64,000 nt of DNA from Hydrolagus colliei (GCA_035084275.1 CM068755.1:12338001-12402000); one strand, 5' to 3'; positions 25,055 through 38,142 are shown, counted from the first letter of the stretch. Numbers and translations: made by a program. Notes: generated by a model not told the origin, from the sequence alone.

Positions 25055-25617
25055 TATTTTTTTTTAGAATCATATTTGCTTTTTTAACACACCTAAAAAA
25101 CCCAGAAAACTATTCATAAATGTTGACATTCTTTATATACAGTATTACTTGGCAGGTTATATTTATTTCATTATGTTCCCTTTCTGGGCCAGTTTCCTAC
25201 TTTTTAATTTCAAGGTTATTTTAATTCCATGATAATTTCCAGTCCGCACAGAAGGGCTGAAATGTTTTTCTTCCCCATATCATGAGTTTCATTTCTGATC
25301 AGAACTGCGTGGGGATGCCAGGGAAATCAGATGGATTATGCAGCCCTTGCTACTACTTCAGAGAGAAACATTAGCTGCAGCCAACTAGATGAAGCCAAGT
25401 TAAGTATTTTAAGGGATGTAAAACGTTCTATCACATCACTTTTCTTTAGAAATCAAGGTTCTGGTCCAGTTAAAGATCTACCATTTCACTTAAAAATCTA
25501 AAATGGGTAGATATCAATTAAATATGTTATCGAGATTTTTAAGGGCATGACATTTTCCACCATTAAATGCATATTGCAAACATCAGTACATTGCACAGCA
25601 GCAGAAATTTCACAATT

Positions 25618-25785
25618 AATAATAATAATACTTGCACAATATACAGCACTTTTCATGACTTCTAGACATCTCAAAGAGCTTCACAAAATATACTGTAAAG
25701 TGAATTGACTATATTTTGGGGGCAGCCAATTGCGCACAGCAGTGTTCCACAAACAGTCTCGAATTAAAGTGACCAATTTATTCTT
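25618..25785 (-). mobile_element. SINE body and tail
   Basis: TCTAGACATCTCAAAGAGCTTCACA...GTGAATTGACT...GGCAGCCAATTGCGCACAGCAGTGTTCCACAAACAG. Confidence 0.88.
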
Positions 25786-28349
25786 TATTAAATATCTACA
25801 GGACATGTGCGACACAAAAGTTATTCTCTTCAACACTGAAGAAATTAAAAAACTAGATAGAACCTATGCTTATATGAGTTGATATCCTGCTGTAGCAATG
25901 TGGACTCATTTTACATGTGTAGATCTGGATCAGCCTGGAAGTGAAATCTCAACTGTGTTTTCATGGTATGACTAAGCGCCTGTTGTTGCATATCAGAAAG
26001 GGAAATAGCACCTTTAGTTACCTTACGATTAGCACCTTGTGTAACAAGGCAGAGAGTAGGTGAACTGTATCACATAGTTATATTTCCAAATTGACACCAA
26101 TTTAAAAATAATTGGTGGTTGCCAATGAAAGGATATATAATGGCTCTTTCACTTACCGTAAAAGACAATGCACATCTCTATCTGATACAAACAACTTGAA
26201 AAGATCAGTTGGCCACAAACTGTGGTAAGCAGAGAATATAGGGAGTTATTTTCTTCTGAACATAGGAAGTAACTTTTCGGTGTCAGTGTGATCTGGACTA
26301 TTAGTTCTATTGGCTAAAGTTGGGATGTGGCAATGTGGGTTTATAAATTACAAAGAATAAACTTGAGTTGTAAGTAAAACAACATTATAGGCAAAGAGCG
26401 ACAATTTTGCTGAAGGTAGCGAATTGAATGGAATAGACTCATACATCTCAGCTAATTTGATACAGTGAGCAAATAGAGCAGAATATCCATAGAAATTTCA
26501 AAAGAGTATGAGCCTAAGCTTTACTCCATTGTACATTTATAAATGAACCGCAATTAATGCTAGCATGTCTGGTTTTGTCAGCCACATTAAACAATAACTC
26601 TTGTAATTCATTAAGTTATCTCCTCACACTGACCTGTTTCAGCTGTTTAAATGTTCCAGTATTGATGCTGCTGGAGGTTAAATCACGGAATAGTGCTTTG
26701 GTGTCCTAGCAACTGGATATTAAAGGAAAAGAGATTATTGCTGAAGGTTAATAAAGTACTTCTGTATTGTTTTGTACCTTCACGTATTTCCCATTAAAAT
26801 CTAATCAGCTGTAGAATGCAACAAAAATCCTGTCTTCATTGTTCACAAGTCAAAATAATGTAGATTATTTTGTAGTGAAATATTCTAAAGCTACTCTTTT
26901 CACCAGCACAACTCCCTCCCCACAATGCTGGTTGGCAGGAATAAATAAATAATTCAAGACAATTTTAACATTGTGATGTTTTATGTTGTGTCTAGAATAT
27001 TACTGTTGAGCTTCAAAAGTTGCTCATTTTCTATAGCTGTCCACTCCAATTTTCAGTACAACAGGAGTACTTATAACGTTTTTACAAATTTTTTACTGAA
27101 TCAGTGCATTAAAACTGTACAGAGAAGATCAATGAGTTATAAGCAATGGTAAGATAGCATTCTCCTTGAGTCATTGACCTCATAGTTGTTTGGGTAACTT
27201 GCTGTGTGTAAAGTCCTGCCAAGTTTGCCTGCAAAAATAGTGACTAAACTTGATCTTAATTACTGTAAATGTTTTGTTATGACAGGGCACTATAAAAATG
27301 TTAATTCTCCCTATATTTCTTTGCAACTTCTCTACAAACTTTGACAAGATCTGCAGTGATTGAGTCTGACGTTGATGCCTTTTGGTGGAGAGGTACAATA
27401 TTTGCTGGTTTCCACACAGAAGAGATGAAACAGTTGACAGGAGCAGTTGCAACAGGATGAGGTAGGGGATCAGCTTGCATGCTAGACCGACAGATTCATT
27501 GTACTGTACTTCAGAATATCAATTATTTCTTTTGTTGAAACATTTTTAAATTGTTCTGGTGATGACAAAATAAGGATGTGAGCAAAGTTCATGTATCTTC
27601 CGTTTGGTTCCCAACTCTGGTACCTCTAGTACTCTTTCATTCTGGAGAACAGCCACGGATCAAAAATAAATTAGCCTCATCACTTGACCTTTGAACCAAT
27701 TAAAAACTTTTACCATGCATTTCCAGCTTGCTACCTTGAGACCTGTAATGCATAGTGCACTCTAAGGATGCAAGGGTACATAGCTCTCTCTGAAGTACAC
27801 TTACCCAGGATATGTTTATAAAGAGGTTTCTCTTGTGGTCTTGAAGTCTGTGTTGCCATTAATGATATTGATCTCTGAAGCACCTTGTGGGCATGGGTAA
27901 TGAGTACAGCGATACCATTGCCTTTTTCTATTTTACCAGAGTCAAAACTGGTTTCTTATTATCTTAGCTGTGTGTAACTTTGGCTACAGAGTTCATCTGT
28001 GATGATGCTTGTTTGTTCCCATTCAGCCCTTCAAAGTAACTGGACTAAAAGCTGAGCTACAACCCTTGAGTACTGCTCCTACATGAAACCTTTGCTGTTT
28101 GAAGTTCCTTTGCCTCTTTTGATGCCAAACCTCTATTATTACACATGTTTTTGAGCTAATTCAACTCCATTACTGAACCAGAGAAAAGGAAAGGCTTTTA
28201 TGTTAAGCTTAACCTGTTTGTAAAAACTGCTTACCAACTGATGTGAAGGACACGGCAAAAAAACAACCCTTTCATCCTCTTGGAACTCTTTGTTTAAAGC
28301 GTGTCAACATCAGGGATTTGTTTATCTGTTAAAAACACAAAACCATTAC

Positions 28350-28455
28350 TAACTCTCCATCACTCTCGCACCATCCCTTCATTTGTCTGACCTGCCTTTG
28401 TGAAGTGCACAGTGACATTATCTGCTGTGAAGGGCACCATATAAATGCAAGTTGT
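28350..28455 (+). mobile_element. Decayed L2 3' end
   Basis: Pyrimidine-rich UTR then TGTGAAGTGCAC...GTGAAGGGCACCATATAAATGCAAGTTGT. Confidence 0.6.
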
Positions 28456-28571
28456 GCTTTTTCTTGTAATTTTATTATTGTTTTTTTTTCAAGACCCCAG
28501 TCCTCGAAAAAAATACCATATCTGATTCTTGTGAAACTCACAGTTAAGCACTTGATAAACCTCACATTTTT

Positions 28572-28890
28572 ATATCCTTACATTTGGTTTAGTACCTATA
28601 ATGTTGAAATGGTTTCTGAGAGAGATTTGCTGCAGTAACTTTATTTGCAGGCAGGTTTGGCAGCCATTTTGTACACACCAATGTCCTACACTGAATTAAC
28701 AATTATTTTTACCCAGAGGTTTGTTGGCCAGGACACCAGGAGAAATTTGCTTCTCTTTTTTGACAGTTTCATTACATCTTTCACATCTAACTTGAATATA
28801 CAGGTGGGACCTTGATTTTTAATGTCTCTGACAAAGCAGTGCTCCTCCAACTCCACAGTGAAGTATCATATCCATCGATTTTATATTCTG
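28572..28890 (-). mobile_element. DeuSINE (Deu domain plus tail), decayed
   Basis: GTTGGCCAGGACACCAGGAGAA...ATCTTTCACATC..CTTGA...TTTAATGTCTC matches the reverse of the recalled Deu domain. Confidence 0.75.
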
Positions 28891-29384
28891 CAGACTTGAT
28901 AGATATACAACCACAACTTGCATGTAACTACTACCCTTTATTCTGTGTAGTGTATGTACATTCTGTCTTGCTCCCCCCCAAAAAAAAACACAGCACACAT
29001 GTTCAATCATTAACTTTTCAAAAAAAACTTGTACAAAGATAATGTACATTTACGTCCATACCCATGTCACTGGTTTCCTGGTTAAGTGACACTTTCCTAG
29101 ATTCTAGTGATTCCTTGTAATGGTGTTTAGGAGCATGAGTGAATACTAGTGTCTTTTTGTATTTGTATAATATACAAATACATCACTAGTAGGAGGTCAG
29201 GTGAGAGGGACAGGCACAAGTAAGGGATGAGAGATGCACAAATGAAAGCAATGACCTAGAAACACAAAGCAATGATACTAAAGTCTTTGCAACAACTTGT
29301 TATGTACATACCTGAGTTGCATACAACATGCCTTCATTTTGCTGTTATTCAAACCTGAGCTGTGTTGCATGGATAACTTTACCC

Positions 29385-29560
29385 TGGTATCAGGACCACC
29401 TAATCCATTTTATCCCATGGAGTATTTGATCAGCTCAATCTAGTTTAACGAGTTACTCTACATGCTCAGTTTCTTTATCATACAATGATGTGCTATTGCC
29501 CAAAAGAACCCCAAAGAGAGGGAGAATTATGACCAAAATTACCTTTAAAGATGTCAAATA
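29385..29560 (+). mobile_element. Possible ancient L1/Tx1 RT N-terminal remnant
   Basis: Frameshifted SGP...PMEY, LLPK..P...ENY and DVK motifs in the order expected for PGPDG..E / K.KDP..NYRPI / D.K. Confidence 0.2.
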
Positions 29561-29813
29561 TAATCTCACCCCAGAGCTCAAACCTGTTTGTATGTTTGTT
29601 AGATAGAATGTGTTATAAATTATAATAGCTAAATGTTCTTTCAGAATGAAACAGTATTTTTTGTGCTGTGGACAGCATAAAGAAGTATATTAGTTAAGTG
29701 TGAAAAGAACAAGATTTATCTGTGGGAATTAAAGTAAAATTTATTAATTTCTAGGAAATAATGTTGACCAGGGTATTACTTGCCATTGATACATTTTTCA
29801 ATACAGTATTGCA

Positions 29814-29861
29814 CAACAGCAACAAAATTACATTTCCAGAGCGCCTTTCATGTCAGGAGGA
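29814..29861 (-). mobile_element. Isolated L2 3' tail
   Basis: CAACAAAATTACATTTCCAGAGCGCCTTTCATGTCAGGAGGA. Confidence 0.8.
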
Positions 29862-30229
29862 TTGTACCATCAGTAATGTATTATACCTGATGTAAGTTTA
29901 ACTAGACTTGCTGTAAAGGAGCCAATTTAACATTGGCTAGATACTTGACTTCTAATGAATGAATCTTTGCAAAACAAAATGATTTGAGGACATAGGCTGG
30001 TCATTCACTAAATATTAATTCAACACGGTCTGAAAATCTGGATAAATTAACTATTTATTTATGAAAGTCAATAAATAAACCAGTGGACAAGAAGTGTCAC
30101 CAAAAGTGGTGCTTCTGTTTGCAAAGGTATCAATAACTTACGAAACGCAGATTACTGTACAACAGGCTTGACATAAATAGCTTCAGTGATGAAAAAAAAC
30201 TCCCTTGTACTATAATCACAGGATGAAAA

Positions 30230-30430
30230 GGGCAGAGGTTCAGCAAAATTGGCTAGGTCTTGTGATCATGTGACTCTGAAAGAAAAGAAAACTTTCAACA
30301 CTACTCAAATGATAAATCATGGTGACAGCAGTAGAAGATGAAAGTCAAAGGACAAAAATGGTTGACTGGATAGATAGCAAAGAAGATACAAAAGGAGCAT
30401 CAATCGAGTCCTGAAGCAAATTGTAAGAGG
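30230..30430 (+). mobile_element. Possible RTE-clade LINE C-terminal remnant
   Basis: Decayed KLA..CDHV... and VEDESQRTKM..WIDS resemble the RTE motifs L.YFGHV..EG.R.RGR...W.D. Confidence 0.3.
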
Positions 30431-30594
30431 AACATGAGAATGACCTTGGGACGATTCAATCTTTCCCCATCCTCCTCTCCTTCCTCTATATTCCTCAATG
30501 TGAAGAAATATCAGTTAGCTTCTGCTCAGCGTATGAACATAACTGAGATCAGGGACTTAATGCCATGGGAGTTGAATCCATGTCTTGGGTTCCC

Positions 30595-30661
30595 AGCGCC
30601 TTTGTTCGTTCTCCCAATGTGAAAGGCACTATCCAAATGAAATTTTGTCACATTTGGATAG
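30595..30661 (+). mobile_element. Isolated L2 3' tail with fold-back copy
   Basis: AGCGCCTT...CTCCCAATGTGAAAGGCACTATCCAAATG; CTATCCAAATG (30629-30639) is inverted at 30651-30661. Confidence 0.75.
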
Positions 30662-31344
30662 CGTACCAGGATATCGTCCCATTGGTATGGCTGTACACTG
30701 CACATCTATGCAATCAATAATTTGATTTTGCGTGATTTCTGTTGTTAAAATAGCTTTGTGTTTGTCAAGAATTTGAATATTATACAGACGGCCTTTAAAT
30801 CAATATCTGTTTTGTAATGCTATGGGCAGAATGTGCTTATGTTAATCCAGTTTCACCAATATTAGAAAGGGAGGGAGAAAAACAACCTATAACATAATTA
30901 CTCTATTTCTCATTGAAAACAGTCATTACTCATTACCTATTAACACTTCAATATTGATTCAGCTAGGATGGTTCAGTGCTGTCAACACGATGGGTCAATG
31001 TCTTGCTAAGATATTGAACACAAGCTATGTACAGCTAAATAATGATGTGTCTTGAGTTTTGACCCTTGAAGGATATGAACTCATATACTGCGGTCCATGA
31101 TAATAAGAGTTATTTGCAATAAATATGCTGCATGGGTATAAAATAAATATAATCACCTTTGTTTGAGATTTTCAATAGTGCACTGACAGAAGTGTTTAAT
31201 CCATAATATTGACCACTGTCATGCAAAATGTGAAAGAATAAAAGCTTCCTCCAAATGGAGGGCTTAGGTTTATATATGTACAACCGTTTTGTTCCAACCA
31301 ATTTCTTTTTGAGCAACTCAAAGTGACTCACTTTTTTTTACTAT

Positions 31345-31536
31345 GAAGTGTGGCGACACAGTATTTGTATGCAAATGCGGCAGTTGATTTGTGCACAGCA
31401 ACATCTTACAAACAGCCATGCAGTGAACAATCAATTTTATTTGGGGGATCATTGGTTAGAAATTTAGGAGAAACTTCCTTATCTTTTTGAATAGTGGCGC
31501 AGGTTGTTAAACGTTCATCCGAGCAGGCAGACAGGA
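31345..31536 (-). mobile_element. DeuSINE fragment
   Basis: GCGGCAG..ATTTGTGCACAGCAACATCTTACAAACAGC...GGAGAAACTTCC...TTGAATAGTG...CATCCGAGCAGGCAGAC. Confidence 0.7.
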
Positions 31537-32937
31537 TGTCTTCCGAATGTACACTAAGTGTCAGCATAAACAATGAGTACAAATTTCCAATGCAGGGACA
31601 TTTACAGTATATATGTACCACAAAGCATCTGTGCTTTACAAAATGTAAATATCACATTATTCTAAAGGATTGTGTTTAAATAACAGAAATTAAGTTTGTT
31701 ATTTTTTTCTTTAACATTCAAATTACCAGAACAGTGAATTGTTTATTTCCCATAATAGCGCCACAATGCAGAATAGCATTCAAAATTAATACAGCCTCTT
31801 AAATGAAGAATTTCCTTTGTACAGTCTATTAAAACTTAAGATGCGTATTTGCTGAATGGTAAGTGGAGCACATTTATAGCCTGTCACAAGCTTGCTGATG
31901 GCCATGTGTTTTTTATTAAACTGCCTCCCACCTTTTGCCCCTTTTGCCATTCTTCACAAGCCAGAAAGAACCAATTACAGACCACAGAGGCAGCCATTTA
32001 CCCCCTCAGCCTTTAGATTGCTATTTCCTGTCTGATATTAGCACAGCAAGCCCAAGATGATAGGTTTTAAGACCAGATGTGCCTTTTTTTTACCATAAAT
32101 TGCCTGAAAGTGAAGGCCAAGATGCCCTGAAAATGCAACAAATGTGACATTTTATGTGCAATAAAGCATTAGGAAAGTTTTTTTCTTAGAAATCCCACTG
32201 ATCTTGAGCAAAAATCTATCTCACCTGTGTTTATATAATATGATAATTGGTGTGTAGGCCTAATTCACACATTAAATGCATACCATATGGTATAAGGACA
32301 TCTCTAGGGAATGGGGAGTGGTGGTTCATGGTCAGGGTTTCCTACTGTAACTGCCTCTCTGGGTTACATTTACTTTGCAATGCCAAAGAAAACAGTTATG
32401 ATTGCAAAGATACAACCACATGCTGATTCCTAATCCCTAAAATTGTTCGCACTCCCTGAATCAGGTACAAACATTTTGAAAGCTCTCAACCACTGACTGC
32501 AATGGGTTAACAGCCACATATCAGCCTTTGTTCATTCCTTTGGATTTAGTAGACAAGCATGAGGGAAATTACCGCAAATGCTTTCAATCAAGTGCCATTT
32601 AGAATTACCGTCCAGAAGTTGCATACTGAGGAAACAAATTGACAATATTCTAGCTGACAAATTCATGCTGTATCTTTTGGGTTTTCAGGAATCCAAGGGA
32701 GTTTTAAACGGACTGTCAGAACTCGTGCTGAGTTTTATGTCTGATTTCTCTGTGTCCCTCTAAGAATACTGGAGTAATGTGGGTTATGTTCAAACTGAAA
32801 AGTTACAAATAAAAGAGGCATAATTACATCTTCCTCAAATGATGCTAGGCACTAGATATGGTTTGTGAAAAGAAATACAGTACTTAACTGCATTGAAGGT
32901 AACAATCTTGGGAGAGACGTTCACATACAAAATATGA

Positions 32938-33020
32938 GTCACTACTCTTTACATTAAATCCTGTGAAGCACTTTGAGATTGGATCCTCCCAATGTGAAAG
33001 ACATTGTATCAAATGTATAT
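32938..33020 (+). mobile_element. SINE/L2 3' tail
   Basis: CCTGTGAAGCACTTTGAGA...CCTCCCAATGTGAAAGACATTGTATCAAATGT. Confidence 0.7.
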
Positions 33021-33163
33021 ATAATTATCACTTGTTCAGTGTTGGGAAGATTTCACTAGAAATGTTGAATTTCTATTGAAGCGGGTGTTTCAATTAATTA
33101 TGCAGGCTCTTAAAAAAAGACAAAAAAATGACATCTGTTTCATCGACTATTCTCTTTCAAGTT

Positions 33164-33546
33164 AATTTCCCTCCTGCCCCAACTGAAGATGCTTTTGTGG
33201 TGCTTAAAATCTCCCGATATATACAATACCCTGACCAAAGTCATCTGTGAAACCTGAATAATTCTAAATGGGAACAAGCTATTCCATCTTGAGGAGCATT
33301 GCACAATTCTGCTGAGTTCCAGCAGTGGTCACTGGCTAGTTATCAGAAGCAGACTGTTCGTTCCCCCCCCACTGCCCCCACCCTCCTCCTTGGAGGTCAT
33401 GGCTTAGTGCCCTAATTTGTGCCCTGGCTGTGATCAGCTTACTCAGTACAGTATTTGAACCTGCAATCTTCTAGTAACATAGCTTAGTGGTAAGTAATAA
33501 GTAATACGAAATGGCCTTTAACCAGAAGGCATCTGGAGAGCTGACT
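33164..33546 (-). mobile_element. AmnSINE2-like SINE, near full length, decayed
   Basis: Reverse complement begins CAGCTCTCCAGATG and has CAGGTTCAAAT, CTGAGTAAGCTGATCACAGCCAGGGC and CTGATAACTAGCCAGTGACCACTGCTGGAA, colinear with the recalled AmnSINE2 consensus. Confidence 0.65.
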
Positions 33547-33884
33547 ACTAATATCCTTAATTGGGGTCTAATATGCGGGTTGTGTTAACCATGTGTATGC
33601 AGAGGGATTTTCAGTCGTTAATTATGTAATTAACCAATGAAAAGGATTATGGATAATTCTTTGACAACATCTCTGCCTCTTTAAGCATTGACTGCCAGCC
33701 AGAAAATTACTCTCAAAGTCACTACAATCATGATTCTTTGAGACACTTTAGGATCCTTTGTACAATAACTTATCTGCACAACTTACTATGGTGTTCAGTA
33801 CATTTAGATTCCAGTTATATTTTCGCTTCACTCAAACATATCCCCAAACCAGGAATGAAGTGAACAAACAATTTAACCTGGAGG

Positions 33885-34040
33885 TTTGCTGGTCAGGACA
33901 CCAGGAGAAACTTCCTCCATTGGTTATTGAATAATAATAATTCTTGCATTTGATATACTGTAGTACCTATCGTGTTTTCGAGATATCTCAAAGCGCTTCA
34001 GAGAATATATTGTAATGTGAATTGACAATATACTTGTAGA
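33885..34040 (-). mobile_element. Deu-domain fragment (33885-33930) abutting a SINE 3' tail (33930-34040)
   Basis: GGTCAGGACACCAGGAGAAAC, then (AAT)n TCTTGCATTTGATATA...TCTCAAAGCGCTTCAGAGAATATATTGTAATGTGAATTGAC. Confidence 0.75.
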
Positions 34041-35043
34041 CGAATCATGACACATAAGGATGTGTTGGCCAAATGGTTTGTTTGCAATGGAAATGCACAA
34101 TTATTTTTTTTGGTCAATGTATTTTTAAAGTTAACTGTGAAGCCTTCTTTTGTTTGACCTCAGTTATCTCTATGATGTGGCAGAGCACAAAGGTTCAACC
34201 ATTGCATATGATCTGTGATTTCTAAATACACTTATTCTTCACTCGTTTTTGTGTCTGAAGCTTTACCAATCCAATTCGACAGCATGACGTTAAATACCTT
34301 TCTAGGAACTGAAGATGATTTAGCATCATGCTGTTGAATAGGATTAGTAAGAATAGGCTGGGGTCTTGAAATACAGAGGATTGCATGTACCTCCCAATAT
34401 CATAGCGAAAGCACCAAACACAGATTACCATCCTAGATTTTTGGAAAGGTTTTTGATAGCTGAGATATGGTTGCACATGGCCAAATTTGATACTGATAGA
34501 TACCCTCAAAAGTAAATAAAAATCAGAAAACCGCAGAATGAATGGAACGCAGTGGTAAAAGATAAAATAACTGAAAGGTCTAATGTGCTTAGGTGGAGAA
34601 ATGCATGAAAAAATTGTGAAAATGTTCAGGGATTTGTGAACACTTGCAGATATATCAGGTGGGTGCCTTATTTGTGCAGAGTTAAACAGTACCTAATTTC
34701 TCTGGGATTATGCAAACAGAGTAAGATCCTCTGGATATAAAGTGTGCTTGTCATCGCAGATAAATGGAAGTGATATACTCATTAGTTTGGTTTGGAGACT
34801 CCTATGCATTGTGGTAGATTTTGGCGTTTGTCTGATACCAGGCTGACCAAAAACAAAACCTTACAATTTAGAAAGTTCAATATCATACTGTGAAGTACAT
34901 ACACTTCTGAACAATACGAAATGCTAATTGGTTTACAAAAGTATCATGAAAATGTCATGCGGAAGTGCTTGATTCTGAATATATTTTCAGATTTAGTCAT
35001 GAAACATGATATGATGGAACCAAGGCTGCTTTTCAAATCTCAA

Positions 35044-35238
35044 AATAATAATAATCATTATCCTTGCATTTGATATAGCGCTTTTCACATCTTCTAGATG
35101 TCTCAAAGCGCTTTACAGAATATATTGCAAAATGAATCGACAAAATGCAAAACACAGCAACCAATTGCACACAGCATTGTGTCCCACAAATAGTTGTGGA
35201 TTGAAGTGACCAATTTATTATTGTTTTCTTGGAAGATA
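35044..35238 (-). mobile_element. SINE body and tail
   Basis: CCTTGCATTTGATATAGCGCTTTTCACATCTTCTAGATGTCTCAAAGCGCTT...GTCCCACAAA...GATTGAAGTGACCAATTTATT. Confidence 0.92.
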
Positions 35239-35474
35239 ATAGTTTATCTTTCACAATAATTTATACTTTACTAAATACCATTCAGTGCAAATGGAGCTGA
35301 AATGCAATGAAACTAATTGGACAGATCAACAAAAAAGTGTAAATTACATACAATTGTCTCAAAACATGTTTTGTAATCTACCGGTAGTTATGTACTAGAT
35401 GTAAAGTCTACAAATGTGCCCGCTCTACTTGTCTGCAGAATTGTCTGCTGCTCAGCATGCTATGCATCAGACAT

Positions 35475-35528
35475 GGTGCATAGATGCTACCCTGCGTGAA
35501 GGGCGCTATATAAATTCAAGTTGTTGTT
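35475..35528 (+). mobile_element. Decayed L2 3' tail
   Basis: GCGTGAAGGGCGCTATATAAATTCAAGTTGTTGTT. Confidence 0.7.
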
Positions 35529-35672
35529 TGAACGATTTGGGGTAACCATGTGATGCGGTTACAGCTACACGCTACAGTCAGGTGCTTGGTTCACAGATAC
35601 CTCTTGGACCACTTTTTGCTGCAGCTATTATTTTCAAATAGTTGCTGAGTGTGGGTTTATTGGATGTGTTCC

Positions 35673-35721
35673 GCACACACACACACGCACACACACACAC
35701 ACACAAACACACACGCACACG
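35673..35721. repeat. Imperfect (CA)n microsatellite
   Basis: About 24 CA/CG units with interruptions. Confidence 0.95.
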
Positions 35722-36323
35722 CGTGGTGACGAGATAATTGCTCGGTGCTTGAATTGTTTTTTGTGAACGTTTCCTGCCATCTTCAACCAAAGTAATTCCT
35801 GATTCTACAGCAGTCAATTGTTGCATGTTTTGCTTCAGTACTTTTCCAGAATCTTATGCAAACAACAAACTTTACTGCGTTGCTGGCAAGTAGCAGTACT
35901 TTTCCAACTATCTATGTTTTCCCACTCGTGGGCTTATCACTGCGTAAGGCATTTTTGTGTCGCAGAAACTACAAATTGGCTGTACTTTAGGATTAATTTA
36001 AAGCAACAAATCAATAAGCAGGACTAACATATAAATTGAATGGACTTTGTTATGTTCCGCATCTATTTAGATATACCAGAGGAACACTTCCACTTTCAGA
36101 TGTTGTGAATTTCGGCAGCTGCGGAATTGTGCTCATTGAATAGCTTTGATTCACTTTAAAAACTGATAATGGTTCCACATCCTCTATATATACATTTTCT
36201 GAGCACCTATTTAATAACGTCCCCGATGCAAAAGATAGGATAAATAATATCACTTCAAAATGCATTAATGTTGTTCAGATCAAATGTTTTCTGCAATAAG
36301 GACTCCTTCATTTCAATGATTGT

Positions 36324-36630
36324 GGAGTTCCTGTAGCTCTGTAGTTAGAGCACTCACCTTACAAGAGAGAGACCTGGGTTAGTTTCCAGGCATGGCGAAA
36401 CTTTGGTCAAGTTTCCTTACTCCACACGCCTGATAATAATCCTTTAAGGAAAAAAACATTAATAAATTGGTCATTTCATTCCATGACTGTTTGTGGGACA
36501 CTGCTTTGTGCATTTGGCTGCTGTGTTTCACCCACAAATGTGCAGTCAAATCACTTTAAAGTATATTCTGAGAAGCGCTTTGAGATGTCTAGAGGATGTG
36601 AAAAGCAATGTATCAAATGTAAGGATTATT
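36324..36630 (+). mobile_element. Full-length tRNA-headed SINE with L2-type tail
   Basis: GGAGTTCCTGTAGCTCTGTAGTTAGAGCACTCACC...GACCTGGGTT head, colinear end to end with 19316-19613. Confidence 0.92.
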
Positions 36631-37859
36631 ACCACAGTATAAAGGTTTCTGTGCTTTGACTACAATAATAGTTTAATTGAGAAAATGTTACTTTGTGAGA
36701 AGGATCCTTACCAAAATAATGTGATCCGCCCTAGTGTTATGATAAAACAGCAATAATCTCCAACGTTTTCCTAGTTTTTCCTTACCTTTGACATGAGTTA
36801 CAGTACAAACCACTAAAGTTTCAATTATATATTATTTGCTGTTGAAACATGTCACTGTTTAAGTCTTCTCTTTAGAAGAAGGAGCAGCTGTTCTCCTGTC
36901 AGTAATGAAAGTTTCTCTTTTCACCCCCACCCCCCCCACCCTACTTCCCCCAACCCCTTCTCAATTATAATAGCTTAATTTGTCCATTTGTCCAGAAATG
37001 GAAATGAGGTAAGTGCTTATTACAGTATATTTAGCAACTTTCATTAAACTGAAACCTGGCAATTGCAGCCATGTTTCACCCTTCTTTTCAGCAGAATCCA
37101 AATAAGATTGATGTATATAACACTGCGAATGTGCGGGGAAGGATTCACTAGTCTTAGCCAAAAAGACCACAAATAGCCTGGCAAAACACTGGAGAGATGG
37201 ATAGCTACCATTACCTTGAATGCCACGGAGCACCTATTGCTGGAGTACAGTGGAGTGGAAGAGACTTTGTGCGTTAGGCAATCACAGAGCTTACAGACTT
37301 TCACTATTGAAACTCGGACAAGTTTAGAAATTCATTGTAAAACTTTGCTTTTCTCTTCTAATCTTGTGGACAGCAGACTGACCGTGATCAGTAAATTGTC
37401 TGTACAGACAGGGCATTTAAAGTTTGAGTCTATTCAAAAGACTGTAATCAAAATGTCCAGTTAGATTGATAATCAGTTTGAGGTTGCTCTTCCAAAGGCG
37501 GAGGCCAAATTGACTTCTTTCCATGTGAGGACAACGAGTTCTCTTCTCCCATCCATCCTTTGCCTAACCACCCTTCTGTTTTCCATTAAAGTGAAGGCGC
37601 AGTAGCATGTTTGAAATTCTGTAATACCTAATCTGCATTTTTTACTTTCGAAAGCAACAATAATAAATTTAAATTAATACTCCTACTTCATAAGTCCATA
37701 CAATCACACTAATTTTATTTGGTTGTCCCATTCCACATTCATGAAACTGACAAGGTGAATATCGCAAAAGGATTACAGCTGTTTTAACAAGAATCAACTG
37801 TATTTTTTTTGCATTGCAGGATGATGGAAAACTAAACTTTTAACTCCTACAACTATATG

Positions 37860-37980
37860 TAGTTGGGCTGAGTGGTCTGCCTCTCTGTTGTCTCTTCAGA
37901 GTTTGCTTAACTGTAAATTACTAAAAATAGATTTTTGGAACAGGCTCAAGGTACTGAATGGCCGACTCCTGTTCCTATGT
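37860..37980 (+). mobile_element. CR1-type 3' end(s)
   Basis: GGGCTGAGTGGTCTGCCTCT and ACAGGCTCAAGGTACTGAATGGCCGACTCCTGTTCCTATGT. Confidence 0.65.
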
Positions 37981-38005
37981 AAAAAATTGGATGATAAAAT
38001 GAAGA

Positions 38006-38142
38006 ATCATATCATAGAATTATGCAGCACAGAAAGAGGCCATTTGGCTCATAGAGATAGGGACCAGCTCTTTTATAAAAGCTATCCAAATCAATCCCAC
38101 TCCCTCACTCTCTCCCTATTACCCTGCAAACTTGTCCTCCCC
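38006..38142 (-). mobile_element. CR1-type LINE 3' end
   Basis: ATCATAGAATTATGCAGCACAGAAAGAGGCCATTTGGC...AGCTATCCAA.TCAATCCCACTCCC...CCCTGCAAA. Confidence 0.75.

Noticed and set aside
27800-27890. Possible minus-strand exon ending CCTGG|GTAAGT
   Set aside because: No polypyrimidine acceptor and no recognisable peptide.
34420-34480. LDF.K.FD..V.H RT-like motif (also ~40529-40556)
   Set aside because: Too short and frameshifted to delimit an element.
36155-36300. LKTDNG integrase-like motif
   Set aside because: Isolated four-residue match with no other DDE context or LTRs.
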